This document shows positions 1-8,872 of a stretch of DNA of 64,000 nucleotides, one piece after another (the stretch's first letter is position 1; each line of letters begins with the position of its first letter). The notes beneath the pieces were generated by a model. The model was given only the letters and a program-made list of their open reading frames with translations, searched no databases and was not told where the DNA came from. Source of the DNA: Verrucomicrobiaceae bacterium (GTDB lineage: Bacteria > Verrucomicrobiota > Verrucomicrobiia > Verrucomicrobiales > Akkermansiaceae); contig JBPOGH010000002.1 of the NCBI GenBank assembly GCA_051252135.1, forward strand, positions 224,001-288,000, in the 5' to 3' direction. The position numbers were made by a program, and so were the translations under genes.

Positions 1-3
1 TTC

Positions 4-1929
4 ATGGCGAAACATTTTCAGAAGAAGGGTCGGCGCATTCTCGGCCGGGATCTTCAGGATTGGATTAAGGGTTTTTTTGGGACCAACGCCGCCCTATCGA
101 TCGTGATCCTGGGCCTGATCTGTTTTTACCTCATTCGTGAGGCCATCATGTTCTTCCCCTCGCATCATGAGGAGATGACGCTCTACCGGCAGACGGGGCA
201 GGAGTATGTCGGCTACATTATTGACGAGGTGGATGGTCACACCGAGATCATCAGTCTCACCAATCAGGCCTACTTTCAGGAGCTGGATGAGGCCTACGCG
301 GTGGAGCGGGGGATCAGCGATAGCTTTGATGCGCTTCTTGATCCTTTGGAGGATGATGGGGAGGACCTGATTGATGCCTGGGATGAGGCTTTAGGGGATC
401 TTGAGGATGCGCAGGATGAGGGGGACGCGGGAGTGCTTGCGGAAGCGCAGGAGGCGGAAAAGAAGGCGGCGTTCGCCTGGAAAAACTTTGTCAGTGAGCG
501 GCTTTCATCCGTGAAGCGGAGTGAGATTGATACCTACAACCGATTGGATGACGAGGCGTGGTCGGGGCTTTTGGGGAGCATGCCGGAATGGGATCCGCTG
601 GAAGGTGATCCGACGGCTTTTGTGCAAGCCGCCCGTGACCGGATGGATGAGGGGATGGCTGAATTTCGGGAGGCCAAGGATGCGGTGGTTGCGTCAGGGC
701 GGGATTTAAAAGCGCTGCAGAACCGGCTCGTTAAAATTGCGTCGGAGATCAAGAAAGACGCGGTGGCGGATCAGTCCGCGGCGGCGCGGAAGGAGGCTCT
801 TGAGCAGGGGATCCAAATAAGCACTGATGAGGAAAAGAAAGCGGAGCTTCAGAAGCAGCTCGATGAGATCGTGATTCTGGAGGAGTTTCCGTTTGCGGAG
901 CGGACCCTGCCACTCGAGGCCTCAAAGGACGAGCACCGGGAAATTGCTTCCGCGACCCGGGAGAATCTTGAGATGGCGGTTGCGAAACTCCCGAGCAAAT
1001 TTGCCTCGGCTCCTGCGGCTGCCTTGATTGAGCGGGTTCGGGAAAAGACGCCGGGTTATTTGGAAACCTTGGAAGACAATGTTGAGGATGCTAGCCAATG
1101 GCAGTGGGATGAGGAGGTGAGTCACGTGTACTCGGCGGTGGCCTTTTTCTTTGGGAAGGATTGGGTGACGAACAGTTCGTGGCACGACTTTTACGGGCTT
1201 CTTCCGTTGTTTACCGGGTCGGCATTGATTTCACTGATTGCGCTCGCGGTGGCCGTTCCGTTTTCGGTGGGGGCTGCGATCTACGTCAACCGGCTTGCGA
1301 CCCGATGGGAGCAAAACATCATCAAGCCGGTGATTGAAATGGTGCAGGCGATTCCTTCGGTGGTGCTCGGGATTTTTGGAATTTTGGTTCTGGGGGAATA
1401 TTTGAGGGACGTGAGCCAGTGGCCGGGCTTGTCCTGGATTCCCGGTTTTCCGATGCAGGAGCGCCTGAATATTTTGAACGCCGGTTTACTGCTGGCGTTG
1501 ATGGCGGTGCCGACGATTTTCACCCTCTGCGAGGATGCGTTGAATAATGTGCCCAGTGCCTTTTCCGAAGCCTCCCTCGCTCTGGGGGCATCGAAGCTTC
1601 AAACGGTGATGAAGGTCATTCTTCCTACCGCCTCCTCGGGAATTCTGGCAGCAATCCTTCTGGGTCTGGGTCGGGTGATCGGGGAGACCATGGTGGTGCT
1701 TTTGGTGGCCGGAAATAAGATCGCGATGCCGGACTTTGGCGCGGGGTTGGGAGTGATTACGCAGCCGACGCATACGATGACCGGCATCATAGCCCAAGAG
1801 ATGGGCGAGGTTGCCGCCGATACTCTTCACTGGCGCGCGCTCTTCCTTGTGGGGCTCGTTCTTTTTACCATTTCCCTGTGCATTAACGTCGCGGCACAGC
1901 GCATCATCCGTCGTCTCAGTCATGTCTGA
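4..1929 (+). CDS. pstC: Phosphate ABC transporter permease PstC with large extracytoplasmic insertion
   Basis: C-terminal PstC motifs ([27 protein letters not shown]); first gene of pstC-A-B-phoU run; 641 aa. Confidence 0.93.
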   Translation: MAKHFQKKGRRILGRDLQDWIKGFFGTNAALSIVILGLICFYLIREAIMFFPSHHEEMTLYRQTGQEYVGYIIDEVDGHTEIISLTNQAYFQELDEAYAVERGISDSFDALLDPLEDDGEDLIDAWDEALGDLEDAQDEGDAGVLAEAQEAEKKAAFAWKNFVSERLSSVKRSEIDTYNRLDDEAWSGLLGSMPEWDPLEGDPTAFVQAARDRMDEGMAEFREAKDAVVASGRDLKALQNRLVKIASEIKKDAVADQSAAARKEALEQGIQISTDEEKKAELQKQLDEIVILEEFPFAERTLPLEASKDEHREIASATRENLEMAVAKLPSKFASAPAAALIERVREKTPGYLETLEDNVEDASQWQWDEEVSHVYSAVAFFFGKDWVTNSSWHDFYGLLPLFTGSALISLIALAVAVPFSVGAAIYVNRLATRWEQNIIKPVIEMVQAIPSVVLGIFGILVLGEYLRDVSQWPGLSWIPGFPMQERLNILNAGLLLALMAVPTIFTLCEDALNNVPSAFSEASLALGASKLQTVMKVILPTASSGILAAILLGLGRVIGETMVVLLVAGNKIAMPDFGAGLGVITQPTHTMTGIIAQEMGEVAADTLHWRALFLVGLVLFTISLCINVAAQRIIRRLSHV

Positions 1930-3091
1930 AGAACTCCATCATCCCCAGGGGAATCCCTTTGTGGCGAAGTCTCCGGCGCGTCGTCGCAAGGACCTCGCTG
2001 CCTCCGTTATTTTTGCGGTAGCGACCTACATTCTTTTGGTGGTGGCAGCAGGGATCTTTCTGAAGATTGCGAGTGCGGGAGCGCCTGTTCTTTTTGCCTC
2101 CGATGACTCCGTCATCAATTGGGATTTTCTGACCAAGAATCCCGAGACTCTTGTTGTTTTTGAAAATGAGGCGGGCGAGAAGATCAGGATGGATCAGTCC
2201 GAGTTCACGGTGTGGAAGGAGGAAAACCCTGAAGCCGAGGTGCGCAATGAAAAGACCCATGCCTACACGGGAGGGGGAATTCTTGGGCCACTTGTGGGGA
2301 CGGCGCTTCTGGTGGTGACTTGCATGGTGGTGGCTCTGATCGTCGGGATTTCTGCGGCGGTGTTTCTCAACGAGTATGCGCGGAAGGGGCGCCTGATGAA
2401 TGCGATCCGGTTGGCGATTATGAATCTCGCGGGGGTGCCGTCGGTGGTCTTTGGGCTTTTTGGATTTGCGCTTTTCTGTCTCAGCGATTGGTGGCCTGCG
2501 TTGACTTATACGATCAATGAGGAGCGGACGTTGGGGTATTTTGCGATTCCGCTTACCGATGGTTACCTGAGTTTTCAGGGATGGGGGTCGGGGTCCTCGC
2601 TGATTGCGGGCGGGCTCACCTTGGCGGTGATGGTGTTGCCGGTGATCATTGCGGCTTGTGAGGAATCCCTTAAGGCGGTGCCGAAGGGCTTTCGTGAAGC
2701 GTCCCTCGCGTTGGGAGCGACCCGGTGGCAGTGTATCCGGACGGCGGTGCTGCCCTATGCCTCGCCCGGCATTTTGACGGCCTCGATTCTCGGAGTGACC
2801 CGGGTGGCGGGGGAGACGGCACCGATCATGTTTACCGCGGCGGTGGCTGATAAGGCCAAGCTTCCCTGGCAGGAGGCCGACGGGAACGGCATCTTCTGGA
2901 TCAGTGATCTGATGCAGCAATCGGTGCAGGCCTTGCCGTATCACATCTACACCTTTGCCCGTCTTCCAAACACCGAGGAGACTGCGGCGATGCAGAATGG
3001 CACGGTATTTGTTTTTCTCCTTCTTGTTACCGGCTTCGCCGGGCTTTCCATCTTTCTCCGCGTCCTCTTCCGCTCCAAGCTGAAGTGGTGA
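1922..3091 (+). CDS. pstA: Phosphate ABC transporter permease PstA
   Basis: [33 protein letters not shown] at 1922 overlaps the pstC stop and is preferred over the ORF-track start at 1811. Confidence 0.93.
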   Translation: MSEELHHPQGNPFVAKSPARRRKDLAASVIFAVATYILLVVAAGIFLKIASAGAPVLFASDDSVINWDFLTKNPETLVVFENEAGEKIRMDQSEFTVWKEENPEAEVRNEKTHAYTGGGILGPLVGTALLVVTCMVVALIVGISAAVFLNEYARKGRLMNAIRLAIMNLAGVPSVVFGLFGFALFCLSDWWPALTYTINEERTLGYFAIPLTDGYLSFQGWGSGSSLIAGGLTLAVMVLPVIIAACEESLKAVPKGFREASLALGATRWQCIRTAVLPYASPGILTASILGVTRVAGETAPIMFTAAVADKAKLPWQEADGNGIFWISDLMQQSVQALPYHIYTFARLPNTEETAAMQNGTVFVFLLLVTGFAGLSIFLRVLFRSKLKW

Positions 3092-3113
3092 TCCTATCAA
3101 TTTATCACAGCCC

Positions 3114-3929
3114 ATGACCGACTCTCCCGAAACCCTCGATTCCCAGGATGCGACTGCGCCTGAAGATGGATCGATCATTACGATCGACGATCTCAGCTTT
3201 AGCTACGATCTGGGAAAGACGAATACCCTTCGCAATATTTCCCTCGATATTCCGGCCGGAAAAGTGACGGCGTTTATCGGGCCTTCGGGGTGCGGCAAGT
3301 CGACCCTGCTCCGTTGTCTCAACCGGATGAACGATCTCGTTGATACGGCCAAAGTGACGAACGGATCGATCAGTATTTTGGGGCAGGACATTCATGCGCC
3401 TGATGTGGAGGCGATCGAGCTTCGGAAGCACGTGGGAATGGTCTTCCAGAAATACAATCCTTTCCCCAAATCGATCTACGAGAACGTGGCTTACGGTCTG
3501 CGGGTGCAGGGGATTAAGAAGAAGTCGGTGCTGGATCAGGCGGTGGAAGAGTCGCTGCAGAAGTCGGCCCTATGGTCGGAAGTGAAGGATCGCCTGAATA
3601 CGAGTGCTCTGGGGCTATCCGGAGGTCAGCAGCAGCGCCTTTGCATCGCCCGGACGATCGCGGTGAAGCCCCAGATTGTTCTGATGGACGAGCCCTGCTC
3701 CGCTCTGGATCCGATTGCCACGGCACGGATTGAGGAATTGATTGCCGAGCTGCGCAAGGAGTTCACCATTGTGATCGTGACGCACAACATGCAGCAGGCG
3801 ACCCGCGTTTCCGACCGGACGGCCTTCTTTTATCTGGGTGAGCTCATCGAATATGACGGGACTGAGAAAATTTTCGGAAATCCTTCAAAAAAACAGACCG
3901 AGGACTACGTCAGCGGACGTTTTGGTTAA
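3114..3929 (+). CDS. pstB: Phosphate ABC transporter ATP-binding protein PstB
   Basis: [33 protein letters not shown]-terminal YVSGRFG. Confidence 0.97.
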   Translation: MTDSPETLDSQDATAPEDGSIITIDDLSFSYDLGKTNTLRNISLDIPAGKVTAFIGPSGCGKSTLLRCLNRMNDLVDTAKVTNGSISILGQDIHAPDVEAIELRKHVGMVFQKYNPFPKSIYENVAYGLRVQGIKKKSVLDQAVEESLQKSALWSEVKDRLNTSALGLSGGQQQRLCIARTIAVKPQIVLMDEPCSALDPIATARIEELIAELRKEFTIVIVTHNMQQATRVSDRTAFFYLGELIEYDGTEKIFGNPSKKQTEDYVSGRFG

Positions 3930-3944
3930 TAGCAACACACTGCC

Positions 3945-4610
3945 ATGAATTCCCACATTCTTAAAAACTACGACGACGATCTTCACCAGCTCAAGGACTC
4001 GGTGCTGGAAATGGGTGGAGCCGCGAGTCGCGGACTGGAGAAGGCGGTCCGGGGTCTGATTGAGGGAGATGCGGAAGCGTGCTCCGATGTCATCGACGAG
4101 GACGAGATCATTGATGCCCAGGAAAAGAAGATCGACGAACAGGGGATGTCCATTCTGCTGCGGTTCAATCCGGTAGCCTCCGATCTCAGGCTCGTGCTTT
4201 CTTCAATCAACATTTGCCGGAGCCTTGAGCGTATTGGTGATCATGCGGTGAATATTGCCAAACGGTCACGCAAGATTCTCAAGGGGAATGAGAGCAGTGA
4301 GGCACGCCTCATTGATCCGCTTTTCAAGGAAGCCCGTCACATCGTGACCTCGTCGCTGACGGCCTATGCTGATGTTGATCAGGAATTGGCGATGAAAGTG
4401 ATTGAGATGGATGCCAAGGTTGATGAAATTCATCGCTCGTTGAGCAAGAGTCTCAGCTCAAAGATCGCCGAGCAGGGCGGTGAGGACACGGAGGCACGTC
4501 TTAACATTCTTTTCATTTCCCGGAGCCTGGAACGGATTGGTGATCTGGCAGTGAACATTGCGGAAGATGTGGTTTTCATTACCTCGGCGGAGGATATCCG
4601 TCACACTTAG
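3945..4610 (+). CDS. phoU: Phosphate signalling protein PhoU
   Basis: Two repeats of LERIGD(H/L)AVNIA; follows pstB. Confidence 0.96.
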   Translation: MNSHILKNYDDDLHQLKDSVLEMGGAASRGLEKAVRGLIEGDAEACSDVIDEDEIIDAQEKKIDEQGMSILLRFNPVASDLRLVLSSINICRSLERIGDHAVNIAKRSRKILKGNESSEARLIDPLFKEARHIVTSSLTAYADVDQELAMKVIEMDAKVDEIHRSLSKSLSSKIAEQGGEDTEARLNILFISRSLERIGDLAVNIAEDVVFITSAEDIRHT

Positions 4611-4715
4611 GAAGGATTACTCCCAGAGCGATGGGTGATTTGTTAATTTTTGCTTTTTTGTTGGAGGGGTGACTCCGATTTAGGCCCGGTAAATTGGGGG
4701 ATTCAACAGGAGAGC

Positions 4716-4746
4716 TTGACATTAATTAAGTTTTCTTAAATAATGT
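4716..4746 (+). promoter_or_regulatory. Sigma70-like promoter with overlapping inverted repeat upstream of PEP-CTERM gene
   Basis: TTGACA(4716-4721)-N17-AATAAT(4739-4744); IR ACATTAATTAAG-TTTT-CTTAAATAATGT (11/12 match). Confidence 0.6.
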
Positions 4747-4766
4747 GAACAAGTCACCGGAAGCAC

Positions 4767-5438
4767 ATGAATTTTCGCATCTCCCTTTCCATTGTCCTCC
4801 TCAGCCATTCTGTCCAGCTGGCCGGTGCTGATGTCGCCCTATCCAATTCCGGAATGGAGCGGGCTGCGGCATCCAATGGTGCTCCCACTTCTTCCAACCA
4901 GTCATCTCCCGACGGTTGGCTCTCGACCCAGATTGCGGGTTGGAGCGTTTCGTCGACTGACGGTTATTCTCCTGCGGAAGGGGCTGATTTTTGGCTTGGG
5001 TCTGTTAGCAGCACCGACACGAGCGATATTTCCAATAGCATCACGGGGTTGGAAGCGGGCCAAACATACCTTTTGGAGTTCAGTGCGGCTTCGATCGCGG
5101 CGGGGGTCGATATCAGCGGGAACACGACGAACTCCGAAGTTCCGCAGGTGGCTTTCATTTTGACGGACCAGTCGGATTTTACCGGTGGGGTGACGGTCTT
5201 TGAATCTCTGTCGGGCGGATCGGGATTGGCGAGCCCGAACTGGGAGTCTTTTTCGTATCAGTTCACTGCTGCTCCCGGGCAGGACACGGCGTATCTCCTT
5301 TTTGGAGCACCGGATCTGGCTCCAGGTTCCTCCGGCCTTTTTGCGGTGGATAATGTGAGCGTGACTCCGGTTCCCGAGCCGGGTTCTGCGGTGTTGTCCT
5401 TCCTTGCGGTTGTGCTTCTGGGTCGCCGTCGTCGATAG
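4767..5438 (+). CDS. PEP-CTERM sorting domain protein (jelly-roll/CBM-like body)
   Basis: Signal peptide; C-terminal VPEPGSAVLSFLAVVLLGRRRR. Confidence 0.92.
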   Translation: MNFRISLSIVLLSHSVQLAGADVALSNSGMERAAASNGAPTSSNQSSPDGWLSTQIAGWSVSSTDGYSPAEGADFWLGSVSSTDTSDISNSITGLEAGQTYLLEFSAASIAAGVDISGNTTNSEVPQVAFILTDQSDFTGGVTVFESLSGGSGLASPNWESFSYQFTAAPGQDTAYLLFGAPDLAPGSSGLFAVDNVSVTPVPEPGSAVLSFLAVVLLGRRRR

Positions 5439-5465
5439 GGGTTCTCCCTTTGGCGTCTCCAATTG

Positions 5466-5497
5466 CTCCGGGCTGGATCGCAGTGCCGGAGTTTTTT
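5466..5497 (+). terminator. Intrinsic terminator after PEP-CTERM gene
   Basis: CTCCGGGCTG-GATCG-CAGTGCCGGAG hairpin (one bulge) followed by T6. Confidence 0.7.
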
Positions 5498-5499
5498 GT

Positions 5500-6213
5500 T
5501 TATTGTTCGAATTGGAATGGCAGTGGAAGAAATCCCATTCCGCGAATTGCCGATCCGGTGTTGTGGTAGGTGATGGAGTTTCTTTGATGTCCGGTGAAGG
5601 GGACATGGGTGTGTCCGAAGTAGCAGTTTTCGATGTTGCCTGCTTCCTGCGGAAGAATCTCGTGAAGGTAGCGTTCCACCCGGGCAATGGTGGGATTCCT
5701 TTGAAAGTAGAGGTGATGGAACAGCATTCCCAGACCGGTGGAATCGACTCCTTTGTAGAGGAGTTTGCTGATTGTTCCTTTTTGGGAATCGTTGTTCCAG
5801 GCTTCGCGGTATGGGCCCAGCTTCGAAGCTGACATTCCCCAATTCGCGCAGTCTCCGTGGAGGAAGATGGAGGAGTCGAGTTGGAAAAAATATGGATGGA
5901 TCCGCAACCGGTTGACCTTGTTTGCGAGTCGCAGGAGGTTTTTGTGATGGCGCTTCTGGCAATCGTGATTGCCGAGGATGTAGTTGATTTGGGTTTCCGG
6001 AAACCGCTCGAGAAGGGTTTCCAGCCAGGTGAAGGCCGAGTGCAGGGTGGCCTCTTCATCACCTACTTCACTCCAGCGGAAATCAAAGGTGTCTCCGTTG
6101 AGGACGAGGAGGTCGGTGTTTGCGATCTCTTTGGCGAGGTCTTCGATGAGCTCGTGACCCTGTGACCGACCTGCGAAGAGGTGGAGATCGGAGATGACGA
6201 GGCCATTTTTCAA
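5500..6213 (-). CDS. Calcineurin-like metallophosphoesterase (LpxH-like)
   Basis: SDLH, NGDTFD, GNHD, LHGD, FGHTH motifs; TTG start. Confidence 0.85.
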   Translation of the reverse strand: MKNGLVISDLHLFAGRSQGHELIEDLAKEIANTDLLVLNGDTFDFRWSEVGDEEATLHSAFTWLETLLERFPETQINYILGNHDCQKRHHKNLLRLANKVNRLRIHPYFFQLDSSIFLHGDCANWGMSASKLGPYREAWNNDSQKGTISKLLYKGVDSTGLGMLFHHLYFQRNPTIARVERYLHEILPQEAGNIENCYFGHTHVPFTGHQRNSITYHNTGSAIRGMGFLPLPFQFEQ

Positions 6214-6223
6214 GGGCGTGGTG

Positions 6224-8788
6224 TTAGAGTTCTTTGCCGTTGATGTGGAGCTCGTGAATGGACCAGTAGAGTTTGTGTTTTCCGGTCTGGGTGATGCGGA
6301 GGAATTTGGCTTCGGTGGGATCGAAGTAGATTTCGGTGAGGGGGTTTTCGCCTTTGCCTTTGGCGAGTGGTTTGGACCATTTTTTGCCGTCGGTGGAGAC
6401 CTGGACTTCGTATTTGCGGGGGTAGTCTCCGGCGGAGGGGCGGGTGTCGAGGGTGACGGTGCTGATGCGGGAGAGTTTGGGGAATTCGACCTGGACCCAC
6501 ATGCCGGGCCTCATGCTGGAGCCGGTGGTGTAGCGGGATTTGGGGTCGCCATCGATGCAGCCGTTGAGATCCTTGGCGCCATTGCTGGCGGTGAGCTTCC
6601 AGTCCTGGCGGTTGGCGAGGACGGGGGGTGAGAGGTCTTCGAGTTCCTGTTGGGTCCAGGGTTCTTTACGGGAGCTGTGTTTTTTGCGAAGGGCGGCGAC
6701 CTGATGAGGGTGGGTGAGGCCGGCTTTGTTTCCGAAGGAGTTGCGGATGTAGGTGGTGACATCGGCGATCCATTGGTCGTCGTTGGTGGCCATGGCGACC
6801 ATGAGGCCTTCGTATTCCTTGCCATCGAGGTCACCGGTGAGTCCGTGGAGGAGGGTGCGGATGGGGGTGTCACCGTTGCCGGCGAGGCGTGGGTTGTTGA
6901 CGAAGGAGGGGGCGAGGAAGTGGCCTTTTTGGCCGGGCATGGGGGTGCCTTTGCCATCGGCTCCGTGGCAGGAGAAGCAGAGTTGCTGGTAGATAACCTG
7001 GCCGTTTTCCATGGATTTGGCGAAGGCGGCGCCGAGTCGCTGGCGGGCTTTTTCTTCCTGGAGGGCGCTGAGGGCGGAGCCCTGGAGGTTTTTGATGGCG
7101 TTGATGGTTTCGTTTTCCGAGTGGGAGGCGAGGAGGGCGTCGGTGAGGGCGATGAGCTTGGGGTCCTGGCTGCCGGAGGCGCCGATGGAGTTGACGGTTT
7201 GGATGACCATTTCGATGTCATCGACGAGGGCGGGGGAGGAGGAGAGGGTGTCGATGAGGGCTTGGTTTCCGCTGGCGAGGAAGGGCTCGGTGAGGCGGAC
7301 GGCATTGGTGCGGACGAGTGAGGATTGGTCGGCGAGGGCGAAGGCGGCGAGATCCGGGGTGAGTCGGGAGATGCCTTCGAGAGTCCAGAGGGCGTGGAGG
7401 CGGGCGAGCTCCGAGGAGTGGGAGCGGGCCATTTTTTCGAGGGCGGGTGCGACGGTGTCGCGGTCCTTGCGGAGGATGATGAGTTTTTGGGCGGTGTCAC
7501 GCCACCAGCCGTTGGGGTGGGCGAGGTGGGCGACGAGCTCGGCGGTGGATTCGTCGAGCATGCGGGGTTGCTTGTCGGGTTTGAAGGTGGGGTGGGTGAG
7601 GCGGTAGATGCGGCCTTTTTGGATGTTCTTGTGGATGCCCCATTTGTCGATGACGCCACGGAGGTAGGATTTTGGACGGGTCCAGTTGCCCTGCTGGATG
7701 ATGCCGCGGTGCATGTCGATGACCATCATGGCGCCGTCGGGAGAGGTGGTGGCCCAGAGGGGGCGGAAGTTGATGTCGCGGGTGCGGATGAACTCGGTGC
7801 CGGGGTAGGCGTTGGTGAGGACGGTTTTTCCGTCCTTGCGGGTGACTTTGGCGCGTCGGATGAGGCGGCCGACGGGCTCGGGGATGATGAGGTCTCCTTT
7901 GAGGTCGGCGGGGAGGCGGTCGCCACGGTAGATGCCTTGGCCGGCGCATCCGGTGAAGTTGTTGAGGCCACCACGGGCGTTGACGCGGCGGGTGCCGCCC
8001 TGGACATCGGGGACGTCGGCGATGGGGGAGACTTCGCGGAAGCCAGGAGCTTCCTGGCCGGAGAGGTCGAGGGCGCCGTATTTGATGGGTTGCTGGAAGT
8101 AGAAGGCGGGTTTTTCGCCGCCGGCGGCGGAGTAGTAGAGGCGGCCGGCGTCGTCCTGACCGATGCCCCATTGTCCACCGCCACGGGGAAGTGGTTGGAC
8201 TTCGAGTTTTTCGTCGGTGAAGCGGTAGGCTTTGTTCTCGTAGGTGATGTGGATGGAGTTATCGAGGTTCCAGATGAGGCCGGAGGGTTGGTGCTCCATG
8301 TTTCCGCCGCGCTTGCCGCCTTCGTAGATTTTGACTTTTTCGTCGGCGACGCCGTCGTTATCGGAATCGCGGTAGGTCCAGAGGTCGAGGGTGTTGGTGA
8401 TTCCGACCATGATGCGGTCATCGAGAGGGAGGACCATGCGGGGGAGGAGGAGGTTATCGATGAAGATGGAGTGCTTGTCGTAGGTGCCGTCGCCATTGGT
8501 GTCCTCGTGGCGGGAGATGCGGGAGGTGGGTTCCTGCTCGCCGGTGGCATCGGCATCCTGCATGTAGGTGCGCATTTCGACGACGTAGAGGGCGCCATTT
8601 CCGTCCCAGGCCATGGCGACGGGCTCGTGGATGTGGGGGTCGGAGAGGACGAGGTCGAGGGAGTAGTCGTCCTGGAGCTCGATGGATTTTTGGGCGTCCT
8701 CGATGGAGAGAAATCCTTTTTGATAAACTTTGTCGCCGGGGGCGGCGAGGAGCGGGGAAGTGAGGAGGAAGGGGAGAAGACGCTTCAT
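6224..8788 (-). CDS. PVC-type heme-binding protein: dehydrogenase-like beta-propeller, HEAT repeats, cytochrome c, C-terminal F5/8 (discoidin) domain
   Basis: Signal MKRLLPFLL; EPVAMAWD..DTNGDG propeller; HPNGWWRDTAQKL/LHALWTLEG HEAT; CFSCH; DGDPKSRY..WSIHEL discoidin. Confidence 0.85.
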   Translation of the reverse strand: MKRLLPFLLTSPLLAAPGDKVYQKGFLSIEDAQKSIELQDDYSLDLVLSDPHIHEPVAMAWDGNGALYVVEMRTYMQDADATGEQEPTSRISRHEDTNGDGTYDKHSIFIDNLLLPRMVLPLDDRIMVGITNTLDLWTYRDSDNDGVADEKVKIYEGGKRGGNMEHQPSGLIWNLDNSIHITYENKAYRFTDEKLEVQPLPRGGGQWGIGQDDAGRLYYSAAGGEKPAFYFQQPIKYGALDLSGQEAPGFREVSPIADVPDVQGGTRRVNARGGLNNFTGCAGQGIYRGDRLPADLKGDLIIPEPVGRLIRRAKVTRKDGKTVLTNAYPGTEFIRTRDINFRPLWATTSPDGAMMVIDMHRGIIQQGNWTRPKSYLRGVIDKWGIHKNIQKGRIYRLTHPTFKPDKQPRMLDESTAELVAHLAHPNGWWRDTAQKLIILRKDRDTVAPALEKMARSHSSELARLHALWTLEGISRLTPDLAAFALADQSSLVRTNAVRLTEPFLASGNQALIDTLSSSPALVDDIEMVIQTVNSIGASGSQDPKLIALTDALLASHSENETINAIKNLQGSALSALQEEKARQRLGAAFAKSMENGQVIYQQLCFSCHGADGKGTPMPGQKGHFLAPSFVNNPRLAGNGDTPIRTLLHGLTGDLDGKEYEGLMVAMATNDDQWIADVTTYIRNSFGNKAGLTHPHQVAALRKKHSSRKEPWTQQELEDLSPPVLANRQDWKLTASNGAKDLNGCIDGDPKSRYTTGSSMRPGMWVQVEFPKLSRISTVTLDTRPSAGDYPRKYEVQVSTDGKKWSKPLAKGKGENPLTEIYFDPTEAKFLRITQTGKHKLYWSIHELHINGKEL

Positions 8789-8803
8789 GTGTGAAATGTG
8801 GAC

Positions 8804-8863
8804 TACGGGCACTTAGGAAAGGAAGTTGCGATTTTTGAGAAATTTTAGGGGATTGTCCGCGTA
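8804..8863. promoter_or_regulatory. Back-to-back ECF-sigma-like promoters
   Basis: Plus strand GAAAT-N16-CGTA (8839-8863); minus strand GCAAC-N17-CGTA (8829-8804), each shortly before an ATG. Confidence 0.45.
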
Positions 8864-8872
8864 ATGGGGGGC

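Noticed and set aside
6511..8794. Long alternative-frame and antisense ORFs (also 15856-17070, 25984-27021, 28727-30352, 52754-54877)
   Set aside because: Low-complexity shadows of real genes, caused by high GC3 and strong skew; no recognisable motifs
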